A DNA stretch of 64,000 bases from NCBI GenBank assembly GCA_030674455.1, contig JAUSGQ010000044.1, positions 13,080-77,079 on the forward strand, written 5' to 3'. A program made the translations under genes and the position numbers. Numbering within the stretch: the first letter of the stretch is position 1; every line of letters begins with the position of its first letter. Below the pieces are notes generated by a model that was given only the letters and a program-made list of their open reading frames with translations, had not been told where the DNA came from and searched no databases. Below, in pieces: positions 52,715 through 63,326 of the stretch. The DNA comes from a bacterium. GTDB taxonomy: Bacteria; Patescibacteriota; Minisyncoccia; Phycocordibacterales; UBA2100.

Positions 52715-54253
52715 TTACGCGCGCACCTTTGATGCGATGAGGCCAGCGAATGCCGAAAGTTGTTTTTCCCTTTCGGCTCCCCCGCCAAACTCCCAAATAT
52801 TGAGCATGTCCGCTTTCACGGAGTCTTCAAATATCGCGGCAACAAAACGAACGAGTGCATCCTCGTCAAAGGTAAAGTTCACGAGCTTCTCTCTCACAAG
52901 CGCCGGCAACTCTTCCGGCGTACTCGAACGCGTAACCGAAGGCAGTGCATTGTAGAACACGTTGCCGAACGTGATGACCGGCTTCCCGAAAAGCGCCGCT
53001 TCCCATCCTGCGGTTCCAGCAACCAACGTAACGAGCGCTGCGCGCGCAATCACGTCAAATCCAGAAATCTCCGGGCGGATGAGCATTACGTTTGGGATTT
53101 TCTTTATTTCTTTGTAAAAACGGCGGGGACGAAAGGACACCATCTGCGGATGTTCCTTGACGACGAGCTTCATTCCCACGGGAAGAGATTGCGCAACACG
53201 GCGGATTAAAACAACCTGGTCGATATCGAACCGGGCCATAAGAAGAAGATTCAATTCAGGCTCCAGATGAAGCGGGTAAAACGCAAACGGGTGGGAATAA
53301 TTCCAATCATCATACAAATCGTCGAATCCAATCAAGTTGCGTGTTTTACGTCTCATGGCGTCACGGATAAAATTCCATGGACGAATGGTTGAGTAATCGC
53401 CGCGCGCCTCTCGGTTGTTCCACCACTCTCGAGTCATCTCGAGAATCCAACCAAGCATGGGCGCGAACTTTTGTGGTGCGAGAAAACTGAAGTGCTGGCG
53501 GCGCGTGAATTTCCTTCGAGCCGGCTCATGTACTGCGGAGTAGACGCGCGGCCTCTCTCGAAATTCACGAATAAAGCTTCGTGCGTCCTCGAAATGCGGG
53601 ATGGTTTCAGTCGGCTGTTTTTGATGCTTCTCCACGAATGATTCAACGAACGTGAAGCGGTCGTACCACTCCGAAACAAGTGCACGGTTGCGAATACACG
53701 GAAACCCCATGATAAAGATCCGAACATCCATCTTTTTTGCAATGTGGTGAAAAAGAACCGTACACATTGCGCCGGGAGGCGAAGAAAAGAGGAATGTGGG
53801 TTTTTCCTTCTCAAGAAAAACAATTATCGCTTTCGCGTAGCATTGGAGCATTTTCAGCATATCTTCGTGGCTGTAGTGTGGCGTATCGTGCGGATATTCG
53901 CGAACGAGTTGTCCAAAGCGAATTACCCGATCCACATTTATATACGGCCACAGATTGGGCATTCCATATTCACGCTCCAGCCATTGGAGATACGCCCAAT
54001 CTATAACTTCGTCCCGATAGCGGCGCTGTATGTCCTCGTCGAGGAGAAGCTCCGAGTAAGAAACGTCTTTTTGCCGCAACAGAAATTTGAGACTCGTCCT
54101 TGTAGAGACAAGAGCGCAAAACTCTTCAATACCGTGCTCGCGTCGCAGAATTTTTACGATATCGTGGCCCACATACGCGAAGCGGCGTTGTAGAATGAGA
54201 CAAGCTTTTATTCTTCTGTGTGGAGTATTCATATCGTATGAAGACGCGTGCAA
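52715..54253 (-). CDS. capsule polysaccharide biosynthesis protein family (KpsS/KpsC-like); candidate transferase for the nonulosonic acid
   Basis: 512 aa with overall resemblance to PF05159-type proteins. Context next to the NulO genes. Assignment is tentative. Confidence 0.5.
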   Translation of the reverse strand: MHASSYDMNTPHRRIKACLILQRRFAYVGHDIVKILRREHGIEEFCALVSTRTSLKFLLRQKDVSYSELLLDEDIQRRYRDEVIDWAYLQWLEREYGMPNLWPYINVDRVIRFGQLVREYPHDTPHYSHEDMLKMLQCYAKAIIVFLEKEKPTFLFSSPPGAMCTVLFHHIAKKMDVRIFIMGFPCIRNRALVSEWYDRFTFVESFVEKHQKQPTETIPHFEDARSFIREFRERPRVYSAVHEPARRKFTRRQHFSFLAPQKFAPMLGWILEMTREWWNNREARGDYSTIRPWNFIRDAMRRKTRNLIGFDDLYDDWNYSHPFAFYPLHLEPELNLLLMARFDIDQVVLIRRVAQSLPVGMKLVVKEHPQMVSFRPRRFYKEIKKIPNVMLIRPEISGFDVIARAALVTLVAGTAGWEAALFGKPVITFGNVFYNALPSVTRSSTPEELPALVREKLVNFTFDEDALVRFVAAIFEDSVKADMLNIWEFGGGAEREKQLSAFAGLIASKVRA

Positions 54254-54272
54254 GAAACGATTCCTATTTGGA

Positions 54273-55067
54273 TTACCAGGTGGTTTGGCCGCCGTCCATG
54301 ATGAGCGTTTGAGCCGTCATGAAGGCAGACGCATCGCTCGCAAGAAATACGAGCGCTCCATGATATTCATCCGGGCTCGCGGGGCGGCCGAGCATATTTC
54401 GTCCCTTGAGTTTCTCCAAAAGTTCGGGAGTAATTTCTTTGAAATTGACCGCGCCGAGGCATAATGCGTTGACGCGGACATCCGGTGCGCCCACGGCGGA
54501 GAAATACGATGCCCATGCGCGCGTGAGGCCTAAAAGTCCGGTTTTGACCGTTGGGTATGCGGCCGACTTGAAACGCCCCGCCGGATACTTGGAGTGATTC
54601 GGAGCTGTGATACCGGAAGTAGAAGAAATTTGTATGACAGACCCTTTCTTCTGCTTTATCATGATAGGTGCCACCGCCTGTAGAGAATACTGCGCACCAG
54701 AGAGGCCAACACTAATCTCCTTCTCCCACTGCGCTTGTGGAAATTCCGGATATGCTTCCCAGCCCGCTTCGCCTTCTTTCGGCAGGGGCGGGTCAATGAC
54801 AGCGTTATTTACAAGAATATCAATGCGGCCCGAATCTTTGATGACCTGCGAGACGGCGCGAGCAATCTGTTCCGGCTCCGTGATATCAACATCAATGTGT
54901 GTCGCTACTTTCGCGAGCGCATCCGAACGGACTGTATCAAATGAATACACAGTGGCGCCCGCTACGCTCAATGCTTTTGCATGCTCAATGCCAAGACGCC
55001 CGTCGCCGCCTGTCACAATTGCGACGCGTCCCTCCAGTGAAAAAAGATTTTTGATTTTGTTTGTCAT
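54273..55067 (-). CDS. SDR-family oxidoreductase
   Basis: VAIVTGGDGRLG, NNAV, and a catalytic Y..K region. Start trimmed to ATG 55065-55067. Confidence 0.8.
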   Translation of the reverse strand: MTNKIKNLFSLEGRVAIVTGGDGRLGIEHAKALSVAGATVYSFDTVRSDALAKVATHIDVDITEPEQIARAVSQVIKDSGRIDILVNNAVIDPPLPKEGEAGWEAYPEFPQAQWEKEISVGLSGAQYSLQAVAPIMIKQKKGSVIQISSTSGITAPNHSKYPAGRFKSAAYPTVKTGLLGLTRAWASYFSAVGAPDVRVNALCLGAVNFKEITPELLEKLKGRNMLGRPASPDEYHGALVFLASDASAFMTAQTLIMDGGQTTW

Positions 55068-55165
55068 GATATTTCTAAATCTCAACCATAGTATACGCCG
55101 AAGGTCTCCGGTGCCAATGCTTTTCCAACTTGCCACGAGAGGAGTTAGTAGTAGAGTGTGACGAT

Positions 55166-55951
55166 ATGGAAAATAAAGACCTTAAAAAGATCTACGAAAA
55201 AGCCTATAAAAAAGGAGAAAATAAGCACTTTACCAATCTTATCGAGGGACTTCATTCCGAGGAGCGCGAGATTCTTAATGCAACACAATGGAAGGGTAAG
55301 AAAGTGCTGGATGTGGGATGCGGGACAGGTCTCTTTGTACATGAAGCGGCAAAACGCGGCGCGTTTGTGATAGGGCTCGACTACGTGCCACAGGCAATCG
55401 AAATTGCCAAGCGAACACACAAACATCCCAATATTGAATTTCGTTGTGAAGATATTCATAAAACAATCAACAAATATAAGGGGCGGAAATTCGACGTGGT
55501 GGTGTCTGTGGGAACGGTAGAACACTTGGATAAACCATTCGCCATGCTGAAACTTTTCAAACAGATTGTTAAGCCTCGGGGAGAAATCATTTTTACTTGT
55601 CCCAACTGGATAAACCCCCGCGGACTCATACTCCAGACCATGCGGTACTTGTTTGACGCGCCCATCACACTTGCCGATCTGCATTATTTTTCTCCAAGAA
55701 TCTTTGAACGGTGGGCAGCAAAAAATAAACTGCAACTGCGTTGGAAGACCTTTGATACGTCGTGGGGTGCGGGAGACATGCTTTTGCGCGATCTTAAGCG
55801 CCGGCTTCCCAATGTGCTGCGCGATATGGGACTGAAGAATGACCGGGGCATAAAGAATTTCCTTAAATGGCTTAAAGACGAAGCTCTTCAGGTCCCGTGG
55901 ACAGGGAAATATGTGGGAGTGAACACGCTTTACCACGTGAAGAAGAAATAG
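55166..55951 (+). CDS. class I SAM-dependent methyltransferase
   Basis: VLDVGCGTGLF. The ATG at 55166 is preferred over the TTG at 55130. Confidence 0.8.
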   Translation: MENKDLKKIYEKAYKKGENKHFTNLIEGLHSEEREILNATQWKGKKVLDVGCGTGLFVHEAAKRGAFVIGLDYVPQAIEIAKRTHKHPNIEFRCEDIHKTINKYKGRKFDVVVSVGTVEHLDKPFAMLKLFKQIVKPRGEIIFTCPNWINPRGLILQTMRYLFDAPITLADLHYFSPRIFERWAAKNKLQLRWKTFDTSWGAGDMLLRDLKRRLPNVLRDMGLKNDRGIKNFLKWLKDEALQVPWTGKYVGVNTLYHVKKK

Positions 55952-56026
55952 CTTCTGCGTTTGCCATGCGATTTGACCGTTGTCTCCGCCAGTAATAACG
56001 GCAAGCGATCTTTGAGCGGAAATAAA

Positions 56027-56845
56027 TCAGAGGCATTCTTCGATATATTTTTTATACTGCGCATTAAGCGCCAGCTCTCCCCCGTCTTCTTTCCGCGCGC
56101 CTTGCAAGATAAGAGGTCTCCGGTAGCCGATATCACGCAGAGCATTCAGCGCGGCGGGAAGGTCTGCGCACCCTTCTCCAAATGGTACCGACGTGCTTTC
56201 CTCATTAGGGTCTGTATTAAGTAAACGGTCTTTAATGTGAACTCCAGCTATTTTTGTATTGAGCAGCCGTATTTCGTCCACCACAGGGAATCCGCACGCA
56301 AACTGATTGCCCAAATCATAATATGACCCGAACGCAGAAGGGGTTTCAGATTGCATAATAAAATCCAAGACGGTCTGCGCAGGAAGCTCTGCCTCTATAC
56401 CAAGGGTGATGCCAAGCTGTGCGGCATGCCTTGCCGCGGGAGCAAGAAGTTCATGCGCGCGCTTCCATGTTGCGTCAGGCAAGATTCCAAGTTTCTTCTC
56501 ATGAAAGAACGACACTAGTATTACTTTCGCGCCAAGGTCCGCCGTCGCGTGGACAATGTCGAACAAGTCTTTCGCATACCCATCTTCCGGCACGTAGTAA
56601 CCGTGAACAGAAGGAATGGCAATGTGAGTCGTATCCCTAATCTCGCGCAGTCGGGTACGCCCCGCTTCTGTCATAAGAGGGTGTTCGCGCAAACCTTTCG
56701 GGCGCATTAGAAGTTCGATTGCGCCCAGCCCGATCTCGCGCGCATCGCTGAATTCCTGCTCCCAATTATCTTTGGGAAAAAACTGTATGCCGCGTCCGCT
56801 GCTCGGCGTGAGCCTTCCCTGCAATATACCTATGAGCGGTTTCAT
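56027..56845 (-). CDS. sugar phosphate isomerase/epimerase (xylose-isomerase-like TIM barrel)
   Basis: 272 aa with AP-endonuclease-2/XylA-like barrel motifs. Confidence 0.7.
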   Translation of the reverse strand: MKPLIGILQGRLTPSSGRGIQFFPKDNWEQEFSDAREIGLGAIELLMRPKGLREHPLMTEAGRTRLREIRDTTHIAIPSVHGYYVPEDGYAKDLFDIVHATADLGAKVILVSFFHEKKLGILPDATWKRAHELLAPAARHAAQLGITLGIEAELPAQTVLDFIMQSETPSAFGSYYDLGNQFACGFPVVDEIRLLNTKIAGVHIKDRLLNTDPNEESTSVPFGEGCADLPAALNALRDIGYRRPLILQGARKEDGGELALNAQYKKYIEECL

Positions 56846-56846
56846 A

Positions 56847-57512
56847 TCACCGCGGTTTTGTACCAGTGCCGAGGATCATTAGCTCGCGCGACCAACGGAT
56901 AAACTTATTTCTGTGGAGTTTCTTAACAGGCCCCAAGAGTTGCAACAATTTTGACACGAACATGATCGACGGGTAGCGCCAAAGAACCGGCAACTGGTAA
57001 AAAAGCATTGCCTGCACATCTACAACTTCCATAATCCGCAGAAGGTCGCGCATGCCCCGAATGGTGAACGGACGCTGATGCGTGTGATCGTCCCAAAAAA
57101 TATACATCTGCGTGTACCAGTCGGGCGTGAGGCATATGAGCCTGCCACCGGGTTTCAGCACACGCAAATTCTCTGCAATAAAATGTTCGGGGTTAGTGAC
57201 GTGCTCTATAACTGATTTTGAAAAGACAATATCGAACGTCCCATCTTTGTACGGGAGCGGCTCGTACACCAGATCAGCCGCAGTGAAAGTAACTGAGTTA
57301 GGAAAATGTCCTGCCCTCTCGCGATCAACACCATGCACAATAAGCCCCGCTCCCGCGAACGCTTCGGCAAAATCGCCCCGCCCACAGCCGATATCAAGAA
57401 TGGTCATGCCATCCTTGAGTTGAAACATCTCTTTAAGATGCAGCGCGAGTTCGTTTGGGTAATCCGTTTTTGGCCGTGCGGCGTGCGAATAAATAGTCTC
57501 AAGGTAACTCAT
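56847..57512 (-). CDS. class I SAM-dependent methyltransferase
   Basis: ILDIGCGRGDF. Confidence 0.8.
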   Translation of the reverse strand: MSYLETIYSHAARPKTDYPNELALHLKEMFQLKDGMTILDIGCGRGDFAEAFAGAGLIVHGVDRERAGHFPNSVTFTAADLVYEPLPYKDGTFDIVFSKSVIEHVTNPEHFIAENLRVLKPGGRLICLTPDWYTQMYIFWDDHTHQRPFTIRGMRDLLRIMEVVDVQAMLFYQLPVLWRYPSIMFVSKLLQLLGPVKKLHRNKFIRWSRELMILGTGTKPR

Positions 57513-57528
57513 ATATTAAGTTTTAATA

Positions 57529-58479
57529 TTAAGCTTTTTTAGGCCAGCGCGCAGGGTCCACTTCTCCTGGATCTTTAATAGCCAGAGCTTTGAGGGCGTC
57601 GACCGCGTCTTTCGAGAGCGGGCCTTTTTCCATCGCGGCACATGCGGCCTCAACGTGCGCAACATTTGACGTTCCGATGAGAGACACCGCTATCGCCGAC
57701 TCCGACAGCGTATAACGAAGGGCGAGTTCCGGCAATGTTATACCCGCATCATCCGCTATTTTCTCCGCAACCGCGACCGCCCACTTCAGTTTGACAAGAT
57801 TTTCTGGAAGATGATTTGCCTTACCTGCAAACGCCCCTTTCAAGTACACGGAGCGATTGACGACGCCTACTCCCCGTTCCACAGCTCTCGGAAATATTCG
57901 CGCAGACATGCGCTGGTCGGCAATGCTGAATGCGACCTGCACAACATCAGCCCAATTGCGTTTCATCAAGGCGAGCGGCGGCTCTTCTCCGCGGGTGGAA
58001 GCGCCGGAAAAACGGATTTTCCCCTCCGTCTTCAGCTTCCCAATAATCTCTTCCAAAATCCCTTCTTCAATCTGCTCTGCGGAGGGTCCGTGCAAAAGAA
58101 GTAGCGGCAGTATTTCAATTCCCAATGTTCTTAAACTTCCTTCCACCTGTTCAAAAATCTTCTTCTCCATCTGCGCCGGGGTAAGGACTTCTCCATCCTC
58201 AAGGAATTTTGCGCACTTGGTGCATACGACGACGCGCGGGTCTTTTAATATGCCGGATTTCCCTATCCTATCCTCCGCAAGGCCGTAGTAATTTGCGGTA
58301 TCAAAGAAAGTAACCCCAAGTTCCACAGCAGTTTTCAAAAGTTTTATTGCGTCGGCCTCGCTCGGAAGCTCCGGCACTCCGAGTCCGTAGGCAAATCCGA
58401 TTTCCGCGGTTCCGAGTCCGAGACGCGACACCGCAAGGCCGGTTTTTCCCAGTGTTCCCTGCGTACGTGCGACTGTCAT
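57529..58479 (-). CDS. aldo/keto reductase
   Basis: GLGTAEIG, ..FFDTANYYG... Start trimmed to MTVARTQ (ATG 58477-58479). Confidence 0.8.
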   Translation of the reverse strand: MTVARTQGTLGKTGLAVSRLGLGTAEIGFAYGLGVPELPSEADAIKLLKTAVELGVTFFDTANYYGLAEDRIGKSGILKDPRVVVCTKCAKFLEDGEVLTPAQMEKKIFEQVEGSLRTLGIEILPLLLLHGPSAEQIEEGILEEIIGKLKTEGKIRFSGASTRGEEPPLALMKRNWADVVQVAFSIADQRMSARIFPRAVERGVGVVNRSVYLKGAFAGKANHLPENLVKLKWAVAVAEKIADDAGITLPELALRYTLSESAIAVSLIGTSNVAHVEAACAAMEKGPLSKDAVDALKALAIKDPGEVDPARWPKKA

Positions 58480-58506
58480 TGGCCTATCATAGAAGAAAAC
58501 GCGCCA

Positions 58507-59808
58507 ATGACAAACCGGAATGAATACCGTACAATCGCCCATATGGCGATTAAAACAAAATATCGAAACATCAGGGCCGATTTCAAACTGCGCGAAACTC
58601 CGCTCTTTAAGAAGCTCGTCTCGCTTGAGCCTGCTTCAACCAAAAACACGCTGCCAATCACGTGGGCCAAGGCGAAAGATTTCTCTGTCTGGGACGACAA
58701 GGGCAACAAATGGATAGATATGACCTCCGGCATCTTCGTCGCAAACGCAGGACACGCTAATCCCAAAATAAAAGCGGCTATCAAAAAACAGCTTGATAGC
58801 GATCTTCTGTTCGCATACAACTACCCGACAGAAATAAAAAAGAAATTTATAGAGAAACTGCTTGCCATTTCACCAAAACATTTCAACGCGACAACACTGC
58901 TTAACTCTGGCTCGGAGGCAATGGACACCGCCTACAAGCTCATCAAACTCTATGGCAATAAAACGGGGAAGAAGTATGTCGTGAGCTTCACGGGCAACTA
59001 CCATGGCCGCGGGCTAAGCAACGAATTGATTTCCGGCGGACCGAAAAGCGCAGCGTGGGCGGGCGTTACGGATTCGGACATCGTATTCTTGGATTTTCCT
59101 TACGATATGAAAGCAGAGTTTGATTACAAGAAACTTCCGCAAGGCACGGATATCGCTGGGTTCGTCATAGAGACATTTCAGGGCTGGGGGTGCTGGATGT
59201 ACCCGAAAAAATTCCTGCGCGACTTATACACCTTTGCCAAAAAGAACAAGGCGTTGGTCTGCTTCGATGAAATGCAGTCGGGCTTTTACCGCATGGGCCC
59301 GCTTTACGGATACATGACCTACGGCGATTTCAAGCCGGATATTTTGGGTCTGGGAAAAGGCATCTCCTCTTCTCTTCCGCTGTCCGCCGTACTGTCTAGG
59401 AAAGAATTGTTTGATATCGACAAGAATGCCGACCTTCACGGCACGCACTCCGGAAATGCCTTATGCGTAGCGGCCGGACTCGCTAACTTGGAATTCTTGA
59501 GTTCGCACGAGGAAATCGCGCGGCGCAAAAAGACTTCGGCAATTTTTGAAAAAGAATTGCTGGCGCTGGAAAAGTCCCCGCTCGTTCGCCAAGTCAATGT
59601 AAGCGGGCTCATCGCCGGCATTATTTTTGAGGACAAAGAAGATTCAATGGCTATCGTGCGCGAGTGCGTTAATCGCGGCGTACTCGCGATGCTCATTCCG
59701 CGCAACTCCATCAAGCTAGCGCCTCCGATGACTATCACGCCACAGGCGCTCACGGAAGCCATGGGTGTCCTTCGCGAAGCGATAGCGAAACGCGAAGCGA
59801 ACGCCTAA
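58507..59808 (+). CDS. class-III PLP aminotransferase
   Basis: GSEAMDTAYKLIK.., DEMQSGFYRMG and GKGISSSLP motifs. Start could be 58543. Confidence 0.8.
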   Translation: MTNRNEYRTIAHMAIKTKYRNIRADFKLRETPLFKKLVSLEPASTKNTLPITWAKAKDFSVWDDKGNKWIDMTSGIFVANAGHANPKIKAAIKKQLDSDLLFAYNYPTEIKKKFIEKLLAISPKHFNATTLLNSGSEAMDTAYKLIKLYGNKTGKKYVVSFTGNYHGRGLSNELISGGPKSAAWAGVTDSDIVFLDFPYDMKAEFDYKKLPQGTDIAGFVIETFQGWGCWMYPKKFLRDLYTFAKKNKALVCFDEMQSGFYRMGPLYGYMTYGDFKPDILGLGKGISSSLPLSAVLSRKELFDIDKNADLHGTHSGNALCVAAGLANLEFLSSHEEIARRKKTSAIFEKELLALEKSPLVRQVNVSGLIAGIIFEDKEDSMAIVRECVNRGVLAMLIPRNSIKLAPPMTITPQALTEAMGVLREAIAKREANA

Positions 59809-60539
59809 GAGAAATTCTTTTTCAGATAGTCGTATATCTCCCACGAACCATTCTTGAGCGTGTATTCCGCGAATGCGAAGTCTTCTTGCTTGTCTATCTC
59901 GCCGGTATCTGGGCTTACAAACGCGAGAATTTTATTGCCATGCATCACGTGTGTCTTTTGTATAAAATCTGTCCTCAAAACATCCACGTACCCGTCTGGC
60001 TGATAGACCGGCGGAAATGTCTGGCGTGGCAGATTCCAATATTCCGGTCGCGAGTCCTGCGGGAAAAGTCCCGTAAAATATCCGTCTTTAATACCGAATA
60101 GTTTAAACGGCGACTCGCGAATTTCGTGGCCTGAGCGAAGAGAAGTCGCATCCTTATGCTCTGTGAGCATTTCTATTGCACTATCGATGTCATTCGGTTT
60201 GCGCAGAGGAGTCGTCGGCCGCAAATGCACTAAATATTCCGGAACTTGGTTCTCATTCTCCTTCAACCACTCTATCGCATGCCGGACAAATTCAATGTCG
60301 GGAGAATCATCGCGCGCAAATTCCGCTGGACGCATGAATGGTGTTTCTGCGCCAAAACTTCTGGCAACTTCGGCCATCTCTTCGCTATCGGTGGAAACAA
60401 TAACACGTTCTACTTTCTTTGAGAGTTTAGCAACAGCTATTGAATACGCGATAAGCGGAAAACCACCCAAAAGGGCGATGCTTTTTTTGGGCAATCCTTT
60501 CGAGCCGCCACGCGCCGGAATGATTGCGAACGCATTCAT
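59805..60539 (-). CDS. acylneuraminate cytidylyltransferase family (CMP-nonulosonate synthetase), copy 1
   Basis: AIIPARGGSKGLPKKS.. N-terminus typical of NeuA/PseF/LegF. Confidence 0.8.
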   Translation of the reverse strand: MNAFAIIPARGGSKGLPKKSIALLGGFPLIAYSIAVAKLSKKVERVIVSTDSEEMAEVARSFGAETPFMRPAEFARDDSPDIEFVRHAIEWLKENENQVPEYLVHLRPTTPLRKPNDIDSAIEMLTEHKDATSLRSGHEIRESPFKLFGIKDGYFTGLFPQDSRPEYWNLPRQTFPPVYQPDGYVDVLRTDFIQKTHVMHGNKILAFVSPDTGEIDKQEDFAFAEYTLKNGSWEIYDYLKKNFS

Positions 60540-61495
60540 TTTCGGCGCAACTTCTTGATAACATCAACTTCTTCTGGATGAATATTCTTTTCTCCGTCGC
60601 CGAGAGAGATATGATGCTCGCGAATCCAGCGGCATAAGCTCAAGAACGGCCCAGGTTCCACTGAACTTGCCTGGTCACTCCCCCACATCCCGCGCTCAAG
60701 CGTGAGATGTTTTTCTACAAGCACGGCACCCATAGCGACCGCGGCAAACGTCGGCACAATACCTGAGTCATTTCCGGAGAAACCGACTGGGACATTAGGG
60801 AATTCTTTCTGAAGGGTGTGTATTCCGCGCAAGTTAATCATCGAGAGCATGCGCTCCGATTCAGCCTTAGGATACACGCCAGTACACTGAAGCACGACAA
60901 GGTCGTTGGTACCTAGCACTTCAACCGCATGCCGCACCATGGCGAGGTTGCTCATTCCTGTTGAAAGAATGACCGGGCGGCCCTTTGAGCGTATGTGCCG
61001 AAGAAGCCCGTCATCGGTGAGCGATGCGGATGCGATTTTGTATGCGGGCGGGTCGAACTCCTCAAGAAAATCGACGGCTTCCTCGTCCCACGGCGAAGCG
61101 AACCACAAAATACCTTTCTCTTTGCAATAGCGGTCAATCTCCGCGTACTCTTCCTTGGTGAACTCAAGCGCATACTTCTGGTCGCCATTTCGCGTATCTT
61201 TGAAATCGCTCGCCTTGAGTCGCTTAACCGACTCTTGCGGAAGAACACCGCGCGCGATTGCGTTTTCTATTATAAATCGCGGTACCTCGCGCGGCTTGTC
61301 GCGCTCCCCCGGCGAGAAGACAATATCAACTGTCCGCTTCTGAAATTTCACCGCGTCAGCTCCTGCCTCAACTGCTTTATCTATGAGTTTCTTGGCAATC
61401 TGTATATCGCCGTTGTGGTTTATGCCGAGTTCGGCAACGATAAAAGCCGGTTCAGAATGGCCGACGACTTTATGCGCGATTGATACTTTTGCCAT
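60536..61495 (-). CDS. N-acetylneuraminate synthase family (NeuB/PseI/LegI-like), copy 1, short C-terminus
   Basis: PAFIVAELGINHNGDIQIAKKLID..ADAVKFQ TIM-barrel core. At 319 aa the SAF domain looks truncated or absent. Confidence 0.8.
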   Translation of the reverse strand: MAKVSIAHKVVGHSEPAFIVAELGINHNGDIQIAKKLIDKAVEAGADAVKFQKRTVDIVFSPGERDKPREVPRFIIENAIARGVLPQESVKRLKASDFKDTRNGDQKYALEFTKEEYAEIDRYCKEKGILWFASPWDEEAVDFLEEFDPPAYKIASASLTDDGLLRHIRSKGRPVILSTGMSNLAMVRHAVEVLGTNDLVVLQCTGVYPKAESERMLSMINLRGIHTLQKEFPNVPVGFSGNDSGIVPTFAAVAMGAVLVEKHLTLERGMWGSDQASSVEPGPFLSLCRWIREHHISLGDGEKNIHPEEVDVIKKLRRK

Positions 61496-61579
61496 ATGCG
61501 AAAGGCTTTCATTATACCCCGCCTCGTATTCTTTGGAAACTTATTGTTCATGAAACTTATTTCAAATCCAGAATAGCGG

Positions 61580-62260
61580 TCACACGTCCTTGCGGCGCAG
61601 TATTTCTTCAACTTTCGCAAAATCTTCAGGATAATCAACGTCAATGTTCTCATCTGACTCCATGAGAAGCACCCGCGCATGGTCAGCGACTAGTTGTTTG
61701 CGCACAATGGATGCGCGAGTCATATAGATGGCGCCGTTCTCCTTGAACAGAGGATGTTGGTACTGGCTGTTTACGAGCTCAATCGGATACAGCCGTTTCC
61801 ACGCATCGCCCTCTTGTATCCAGTAGTGGCCCTTATCGTAATGCCCGCTTATGACCGAATCGGCGTCCGTCTTGACTGCCAGCGCGATAGCCTGCTCAAT
61901 ACGCTCGCGCGATAAGAGGGGGGATGTCGGATAGAGTAAGAGTACATAGTCCGGCTGGTATCCTTCTTGCGATTTAAGCGTATCGAGAGCGTGCATGAGC
62001 ACTTCCTGGGACGTCGCTGCATCCGTAGTGAGTTCTTGTGGGCGGAGAAATGGAACCTCAGCGCCATAACGTTCGGCGACTTTTTTTATCTCCTCGGACT
62101 CGGTAGTGACAATTACACGGCTCACTCCCCGTGCAGATTTCGCTGTCTCAATGATGTACGCCATCATCGGCTTGCCACAAAGGTCTTTCAGGTTCTTGCC
62201 GGGAATACGCGTTGAGCGCGCCTTAGCCGGAATAACAACGAGTACGGAATGGTTTGTCAT
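61580..62260 (-). CDS. acylneuraminate cytidylyltransferase family, copy 2
   Basis: VVIPAKARSTRIPGKNL.. N-terminus. Confidence 0.8.
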   Translation of the reverse strand: MTNHSVLVVIPAKARSTRIPGKNLKDLCGKPMMAYIIETAKSARGVSRVIVTTESEEIKKVAERYGAEVPFLRPQELTTDAATSQEVLMHALDTLKSQEGYQPDYVLLLYPTSPLLSRERIEQAIALAVKTDADSVISGHYDKGHYWIQEGDAWKRLYPIELVNSQYQHPLFKENGAIYMTRASIVRKQLVADHARVLLMESDENIDVDYPEDFAKVEEILRRKDV

Positions 62261-62273
62261 GATATGCCCAATG

Positions 62274-63323
62274 TTACGCTATCAAATTGCGTCGCAAAGG
62301 GGTTGCACGCGCAATGTCGCGCGCAGCACGCTTCCCCATTATAAAACGATAGAACTTGGGAGCGAGCCCGTTGCCAGGGCGGATTGAGCGCACGTTCTCT
62401 GGCGTAAACCTTTCACCTTTTTTGATATCTTTCACGACAAAAAGCGATTTGCGAAAAACAATATTCTTTTTCTCGTCCGTGCTTTGTTTATATGAAGGTT
62501 TGCCGAGTGCCGCTTCTACTAATCGTACCGAGCTTACAAGAGAGGCAAATTCCTTCGGCTCAAGAGAGAAGCTTGAGTCCGGCCCTCCATCTTTCCGTCG
62601 TAACGTAAAGTGCTTTTCTATAATGGCGGCGCCAAGAGCAATTGCGGCAACCGCAACATTAGTGCCGAGAGTGTGGTCAGAGAGTCCAACTTGCACGTTA
62701 AAACGCTTATGCATGTCGGAAATGGTAGAGATGTTCATGTCGGTTGAACTTGCCGGATATGCACTCACGCAATGCAAAAGAATGATGTCCTTGGTCCCGA
62801 ACCTCCGTAACGTCTTCATGGCCAGCCGGATTTCTTCAACAGACGCCATTCCGCGCGACATGATGACAGGCTTTTTTGTTTTCCCGATTCTCTCCAATAA
62901 GGGAATATCCACTATCTCAAATGAGGCGACTTTGTACACAGGATTATCTAATGTCTCCAAGAAATCGACTGCCGTCGTATCGAACGGCGTAGAAAAGCAC
63001 ATGAGTCCGCGTTTTTTTGCATGAGCAAATAAGTCTTTGTGCCACTTCCATGGTGTATGCGCCTCTTCGTACAAATCATAAAGTGTACGGCGCTTGCCAT
63101 TCCACGTAACCATAAACGGCTTCGTGTCAGAATCTATCGTGAGCGTATCCGGCGTGTAGGTTTGAAGTTTTATTGCGTCAGCGCCCGCCAGTGCGGCAGC
63201 GTCTATTATTTTAAGCGCCCTTTTAATGTCGTGATTATGATTGCCGGACATCTCCGCAATGATAAGCGCAGGTTCTCCCGACCCAATAATGTGCTTGCCA
63301 AGCTGTATATTTGTCGTGCGCAT
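62274..63323 (-). CDS. N-acetylneuraminate synthase family, copy 2 (with SAF domain)
   Basis: PALIIAEMSGNHNHDIKRALKIID..ADAIKLQTY plus a C-terminal SAF (..VVKDIKKGERFTPENVRSIRPG..). Confidence 0.85.
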   Translation of the reverse strand: MRTTNIQLGKHIIGSGEPALIIAEMSGNHNHDIKRALKIIDAAALAGADAIKLQTYTPDTLTIDSDTKPFMVTWNGKRRTLYDLYEEAHTPWKWHKDLFAHAKKRGLMCFSTPFDTTAVDFLETLDNPVYKVASFEIVDIPLLERIGKTKKPVIMSRGMASVEEIRLAMKTLRRFGTKDIILLHCVSAYPASSTDMNISTISDMHKRFNVQVGLSDHTLGTNVAVAAIALGAAIIEKHFTLRRKDGGPDSSFSLEPKEFASLVSSVRLVEAALGKPSYKQSTDEKKNIVFRKSLFVVKDIKKGERFTPENVRSIRPGNGLAPKFYRFIMGKRAARDIARATPLRRNLIA

Positions 63324-63326
63324 AGG

